Origin: Octopus sinensis
Taxonomy: Eukaryota
Length of the DNA stretch: 26,285 nucleotides
Direction of reading: 5' to 3'
Assembly (NCBI RefSeq): GCF_006345805.1
Contig: NW_021835584.1
Location: 1-26,285 of the forward strand
In this document: one piece after another, positions 21,045 to 26,285 of the stretch
Layout: every line of letters begins with the position of its first letter
Numbering within the stretch: the stretch's first letter is position 1
The notes under the pieces: model-generated
Seen by the model: only the letters and a program-made list of their open reading frames with translations
Databases searched by the model: none
Told to the model about the DNA's origin: nothing
Position numbers and translations under genes: made by a program

Positions 21045-21390
21045 TTCACCTACCTGATCATAACATTCTTTCTTAAATCCCTTTTGAATCTTACATGCGT
21101 TATCCTGGACTCTTCAGCTAGAGTGCCCACATCAACAATAAGGTCGATATAGCTCGTAGGAGGAGCTCATGGATCCTAAAAGCATTCCAGTCTAGAGAAC
21201 AGGATGTCATCATTCCTCTTTTCTCCTCCTTTGTATGGCTACACCTCGAATATTGCTTCCCCCTGTGGTCACCTCATACAAAACAAAACATTTCGAAAAC
21301 GGAAACAGCCCAGAGGACATTTACTAAAAGAATTAAGGGTGTGACTGATCTCGATTACTGGGACCACCTTAAAGCATTGAAACACTATCA
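21045..21390 (+). mobile_element. CR1-type LINE ORF2 internal fragment, inverted relative to the 3' piece
   Basis: Open frame 21122-21390: SAHINNKVDIARRRSSWILKAFQSRE..IIPLFSSFVWLHLEYCFPLWSPHTKQNISKTETAQRTFTKRIKG..DLDYWDHLKALKHY, the classic CR1 post-RT region (LEYC..LWSP). Confidence 0.85.
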
Positions 21391-21527
21391 AGTTTCGGTT
21401 AAACGATCCAAAGAGTTCGGTGTGATTTTTAGAAATGTAACTGGTATATAATACGGTATATAATGCAGTTCGAAGGGGTTCTTTTCAGCAGTTCAATATA
21501 TTTCGTAAGAAAGAAGAATATTACTTT

Positions 21528-21530
21528 ATA

Positions 21531-21600
<70 letters not shown>

Positions 21601-21727
21601 TATATATAATATATATATATTTTTAACAATATTTGTGATCTCTTGAGCACCACCAGCAAAAGAATTTTTTTCCTCTGTCTTCCCTTCTCGGGATCTTTCC
21701 TTCTCCTTTATATATATATGTGTGTGT

Positions 21728-21773
<46 letters not shown>

Positions 21774-21951
21774 TGTGTGTGTGTGTGTGTGTATAAGATA
21801 AAAAATACACATATACACATTAAGTACAGGATATGATGCAAATCTGATTTATTCTCCTTTAACAGCTGAGGGATGAAGAAAAAGTGACTACGAAGTAAAA
21901 AAAAAAATGGACGGGAGAGAACAGAAAATAAAGCAAAACAAGAGCAACGCA

Positions 21952-22042
<91 letters not shown>

Positions 22043-22063
22043 GTATATATGTATATATATATA

Positions 22064-22111
<48 letters not shown>

Positions 22112-22112
22112 T
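21528..22112. repeat. (TA)n / (TG)n microsatellite cluster
   Basis: Tracts at ~21528-21620, 21711-21795 and 21955-22112. Comparable (TA)n tracts lie at 494-529, 5085-5461 and 15931-16030. Confidence 0.95.
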
Positions 22113-22789
22113 ACTTAACCTCAGGAAAGTAGCTAGGTTCCGGTGACAGCAAAATAAGTTAAGTCATATCAATTAATAAAAGTTACACACATCTGTATAT
22201 ACACACACATGAAACAGATATATTTATCGATTAATCTAGTTCCTATGAAAGGGAAAATACAAGTTATGTGAAGAGTAAGTGAATGTCAAGTCGTTGTATT
22301 AAACTCCAGTTCTTGAGTAAATATTTGACAAAGTGGCAACGTTTTATTAAATGTTCAGACCTTGAATATCGAGAGTAATCCGAACTGTAAAGGATTTGTT
22401 GAGTAAGAATCTTTTGTCCGCTGTAGGTAAATCGTAACTATTTCTCTTTCTTTTGTGGTCTGTTTATCTGAATCATCCTGAAGTCAAAATCGGTGAAATG
22501 TTCAGGTAAACGTCAGCTATGACTGAACAGCGTTATTGATTCTTCTTTTCCATATGTCTGAAACAGACGCTTCACTTAAGTAAACCCTCCCCTCTGCCCG
22601 CCACACATCTGTTACTCGCAAGCGACTATGGCTTGGTAGCATGTACTTATTGTGTTAGATACCTATGTACTCTCGCGTACGATATAAATACGTTCTTGAC
22701 CCAGCGAAATATCTGAGATGTGACAAAAGGAGGAAGAAGGCTGACCCAGCACTGCACTTACATAATTGTAAGAAAATTCTATTGGTGCA

Positions 22790-22890
22790 AGGTTAAAAAA
22801 ATGCTTTTCTGAAGGACACAATACTGCTGCTGAGTAGAAAATCGAACCTGTGATCATATGATCCTGAACCGACCGCAGCAACTATTAGAA
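22790..22890 (-). mobile_element. Old tRNA/CORE-type SINE head fragment
   Basis: Minus strand has GGTTCGATT (B-box-like) followed by a TGTGTCCTTCAGAAAAGCATTT CORE-like segment. Confidence 0.4.
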
Positions 22891-23606
22891 CCCGCGCTTT
22901 AATACCTATTGTGCCTATATAGATTTTTCTCACTACGTCATGGTTTAAATTGGTTGGTATGATATCTGCTTCATATATGATCGCTTCAGCACAAAATTAC
23001 TGATTCAGTGAGTACATATTTGTGTCGCTTCATGTAATGTCAATCATCATTTCATTAAGATAGTTTATGAGTAATTAGATACACCCTATTACGAGTACAA
23101 CTGTAACTTGGTTTAAGATGTCCCTATTAAATAGTTTTCTGCTTGTGTATTTAATCAGGAAATGCCCCAGGTATTTCTTTACAATATTGGATGTTAACAA
23201 AACAAAGTTATTAAAAAAATTGCTGTTCTGGCTTGTCTTAGTTTCGGAGTAATAGGGGCTCAAAGGTTACATATTCATTAAAATTTAATGCTTTATTACT
23301 TCGGGGCGAATGTGAAAACTCATTCAAGTAACATGTCATTTTTCGATGACAAACTAAATATGCTTGTACAAATATTTTCAGTTCAATTTTTAGAATTTAC
23401 GACTGATTCTATAAATATATTTCGGTTTTGCGTTTTGCAAATGGTTCTCGTATGATTTGTAATTCGACTCGGAATGCGGGGAAAAAATTGTATAATTTAG
23501 TTATAACTATTCTCAGCCAAAATTATTAAAAGTTTTCAATAGTTTAACATATCTAATCTAAGTCCATTGGAAAAATGCGAGTTAGTCAAATCCCCCTCTC
23601 TATAAA

Positions 23607-24086
23607 TCTCTATATATAAAACTGTAGTTGTGTGAGTGTCTGTCCCCTTCGATTTAGATTCCTAACTACTCCCACATTTTGCGGTGCAGTTTAACCAAAT
23701 TCGGGTATCTTATAGTCGTGATTCATATCGAGCCCGTCTGAGTATTAGCGCGCGTCTACGATTTTTTATTCCATTTTAATGCATAATTTTTCGTGTGTCG
23801 ATGGCGGCGGAGTTGGCGTCCATGGTCACACCTGCACCTGTTTGCTTCTCCCCTTCTTCCCTCCCTCGTGAAGCTGTGGGGAAGGGAGTGTAAGGAAAAC
23901 AACGTCGTAAGCGTTGTCAAGGAGACCAGCGTTCTTTTAGAACAACGACTTCATGGCTTGAAGACACCAAAACAGAAATGGGGTAAAGAAAGCCCGAATC
24001 GGCATCTATAAGGGAAGTAACTCTCTAAAAATGCTTATATAGTTATTTCCCTTACAAACCCGAGCAACGCCGGGCGATACTGCTAG
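23607..24086 (+). mobile_element. Non-autonomous Helitron, copy 2
   Basis: A|TC start, the same CCCGAGCAACGCCGGG hairpin and CTAG|T end (24083-24086). Differs from copy 1 by a few substitutions and two short indels. Confidence 0.85.
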
Positions 24087-24459
24087 TCTATATATAAACC
24101 AATAAGTGTCTTTAGTTCCTCTGAGATACAGTCTACACTATCACATATTTCAACGATGTCAGACGCTCCCATACTTTATTAAAAAACGCCAGGCAAATTT
24201 GATATTTTCTTATTACTTTGGTTGAATTCTTCAAAACGTAGGTTGGTCATAGTGCTAATAATAACGTCTTTCATTGTCATCTATCATTTTATAGAAATCT
24301 GTGAATCCACGGGGAGTGAAGAGGACAAACTTAAAAACACGGAAATAAAATTCAGCAATATAAAATTGAGATAACGTTTGAATAATTCATTATCATTACT
24401 TGACTAGACTCAGGGTTGATATTATTCCCTGTAGAATTGATGGGACAGCTAAACCTTTT

Positions 24460-24821
24460 CAGGTCGCTCGATTTAGATGTGGCTATAATGCACAAACACT
24501 AGCGCACATTTTCGATGACTATGAGATATTTTCATTATGTAGTCTATCGGGAGTGAGCAGCGGGTTAGCAGTGCTATTCTGAAAATCTTTAGATCTCGAA
24601 GTAAAGGAATTCTTCTTGGACTCGGGCGGCAGGCTGGTGGTTCCAGATGTGAATGGTAGTGAAGGCGGCACTCTCTGACTGGTGGTCGTCCATACCCCGA
24701 CAGAGGCTGAAAGGCTAGAATTCTTCAGACGTCTAGAAAAATTCTTGGGAACGTCTCGCAGTTTAGTACTAGTAGCGGACTGAAATGGGATTTTGGACTC
24801 ACAGATGAACTGTGTGTGTGT

Positions 24822-24852
<31 letters not shown>

Positions 24853-26178
24853 TGTGTGTGTGAGGGTAGTACACAGAAGAAGCGGGTGCAAAAGCTTCGA
24901 AAATATACTCAGAGACTTCCAATTGTCTGATAGGTACCAACTGGATTTCCTAGATGTGCCAGTGTGGACATAGAACAACCACAATGGGTCATCCAGATCG
25001 TATCAAGATAGAGCATTTGTTAGGTCAGAGGAAAGGCATAGTGTAGATTGTACACAATTTAAATTGGTCGGTTACACACACCACAAGATTCTGATATGTA
25101 CAGTCGAGTTTGACAGAACCCGTAGACCCAGATGTCCTTAGCCTGGCAGTGCTCCCGAATGGGGGCGCTACCAGTTTGAGATAAACTCTACAAGAACGGA
25201 TGTGCTGTCAGAAGGCTTGTACGAGGTGCGCGTAGAGCGATGAAACCGTTCAGCACGCCTTCGTACCGGTGTCCGGGCATTGTTGACTTGTCGGGTTATG
25301 TCGAACAACTGCTATCACGTGTGGAACGGATCCGTCTGTCGGCCGAGTCTGTAGTGATGATCGTACCACCGTTCTCCTTCAATCAGGCAGGCAAGGCAGT
25401 TTATTTTTACCTGAGGTTGTTTGGTGGACAAGGATGAAAGGCATGAGGACAGATACATTCCTCTTTGGTAGAGCTCTCATTGACTTCTTCAAGTTTCACT
25501 GGAAAACGAAATTGACAGTGGAGAGGGAAGTGCTGGCCTCGAGTGAGTTTATTGAAAGGTGGGTGAAAGTTACCAAAATGGCGAGAGTGGATGGTACCTC
25601 TCTAAAGGCGGCGAGCTGGGAGAAACGTTAGCACGCCGGGCGAAATGCGTAGCCGTATTTCGTCTGTCGTTACGCTGTGAGTTCAAATTCCGCCGAGGTC
25701 GACTTTGCCTTTCATCCTTTCGGGGTCGATAAATTAAGTACCAGTTACGCACTGGGGTCGATGGAATCGACTTAATACCTATGTCTGTCCTTGTTTGTCC
25801 CATCTATGTTTAGCCCCTTGTGGGTAATAAAAGAAATAGGATGGTACCTCTCTAAGTGTAGACCTGTGAGTCGGAGAGAAGGAATTCAATAGGGCACATG
25901 CTCCTGGGGTTTCAGGGAAATTTCGGATAGTGGGGCTCCTCGATTATCCCTTCCAGTATCAGAAGGCCACATCTCTGTCATCCTCCCTGTCTCTTCTTTT
26001 TTAAAAAACCTTTCTATGCTATGCATATATCCCTTCTTTTTTCAGTGTATACCGTGTATACTTAATTTCTTTCTTTCTTCCTTTCCTTTTTATCACTTCA
26101 TTATAGGTAAAACCCATACTTTAAAGTCTTTCTTTGTATTGTCCCCTCATCCTTTGCCCTTGAGACAAATAAATGAAA
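24460..26178 (+). mobile_element. L1/Tx1-type LINE relic: APE endonuclease joined directly to the CCHC C-terminus, RT missing
   Basis: EN motifs GLAVLF.KSLDLEVKE..LDSGGRLVV, LEFFRRLE..SLVLVAD*NGILD, LSDRY..VWT*..SSRSYQDRAFV, GYTHHK. From ~25134 the frame reads SLAWQC..GALPV*DKL, CTRCA*SDETVQHAFV.C. ORF stop at 25867-25869, AATAAA at 26168-26173. Confidence 0.85.
25606..25838 (+). mobile_element. SINE family B, single-unit form, nested in the Tx1-type LINE with a 17 bp TSD
   Basis: Perfect direct repeat GGATGGTACCTCTCTAA at 25589-25605 and 25839-25855. Confidence 0.95.
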
Positions 26179-26285
26179 TCATCATTATCATCATCATAAT
26201 CATCATCACAATCATCATCATCATTAGCATCGTCGTCATCATCATCATCATCATCATCATCATTATCATCATCATCATCATCATC
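26178..26285. repeat. (ATC)n microsatellite at the LINE 3' end, running off the window
   Basis: Read directly, starting a few bases after the AATAAA. Confidence 0.95.

Noticed and set aside
22359-22402. Candidate small exons near 22359-22402 (+) and ~22665-22715 (-)
   Set aside because: The splice signals are plausible but common by chance, the peptides are unrecognised, and no consistent exon chain emerges.

Overview
AT-rich, microsatellite-dense, repeat-saturated animal genomic DNA. The SINE families look like cephalopod (Octopus-type) tRNA/CORE SINEs; the taxon is my inference. I found no intact protein-coding gene, rRNA or true tRNA, and most listed ORFs are microsatellite read-throughs. 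The window is a retroelement graveyard: about a dozen SINE copies from three families, three R4/Dong-type restriction-like-endonuclease LINE fragments next to (TAA)n arrays, a Penelope-like element (RT + GIY-YIG), a rearranged CR1-type LINE, an internally deleted L1/Tx1-type LINE, two non-autonomous Helitrons, a hAT transposase relic and a fold-back element. The best observation is a ~320 bp repeat present twice (830-1149, 3465-3785) that carries a minimal type I hammerhead ribozyme motif with a self-complementary helix III, typical of Penelope-associated dimeric hammerheads and retrozymes. The core is intact in the second copy and mutated in the first. A third, unrelated and decayed hammerhead lies on the minus strand at 5931-6025. 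All calls come from manual reading and translation; no searches were run.
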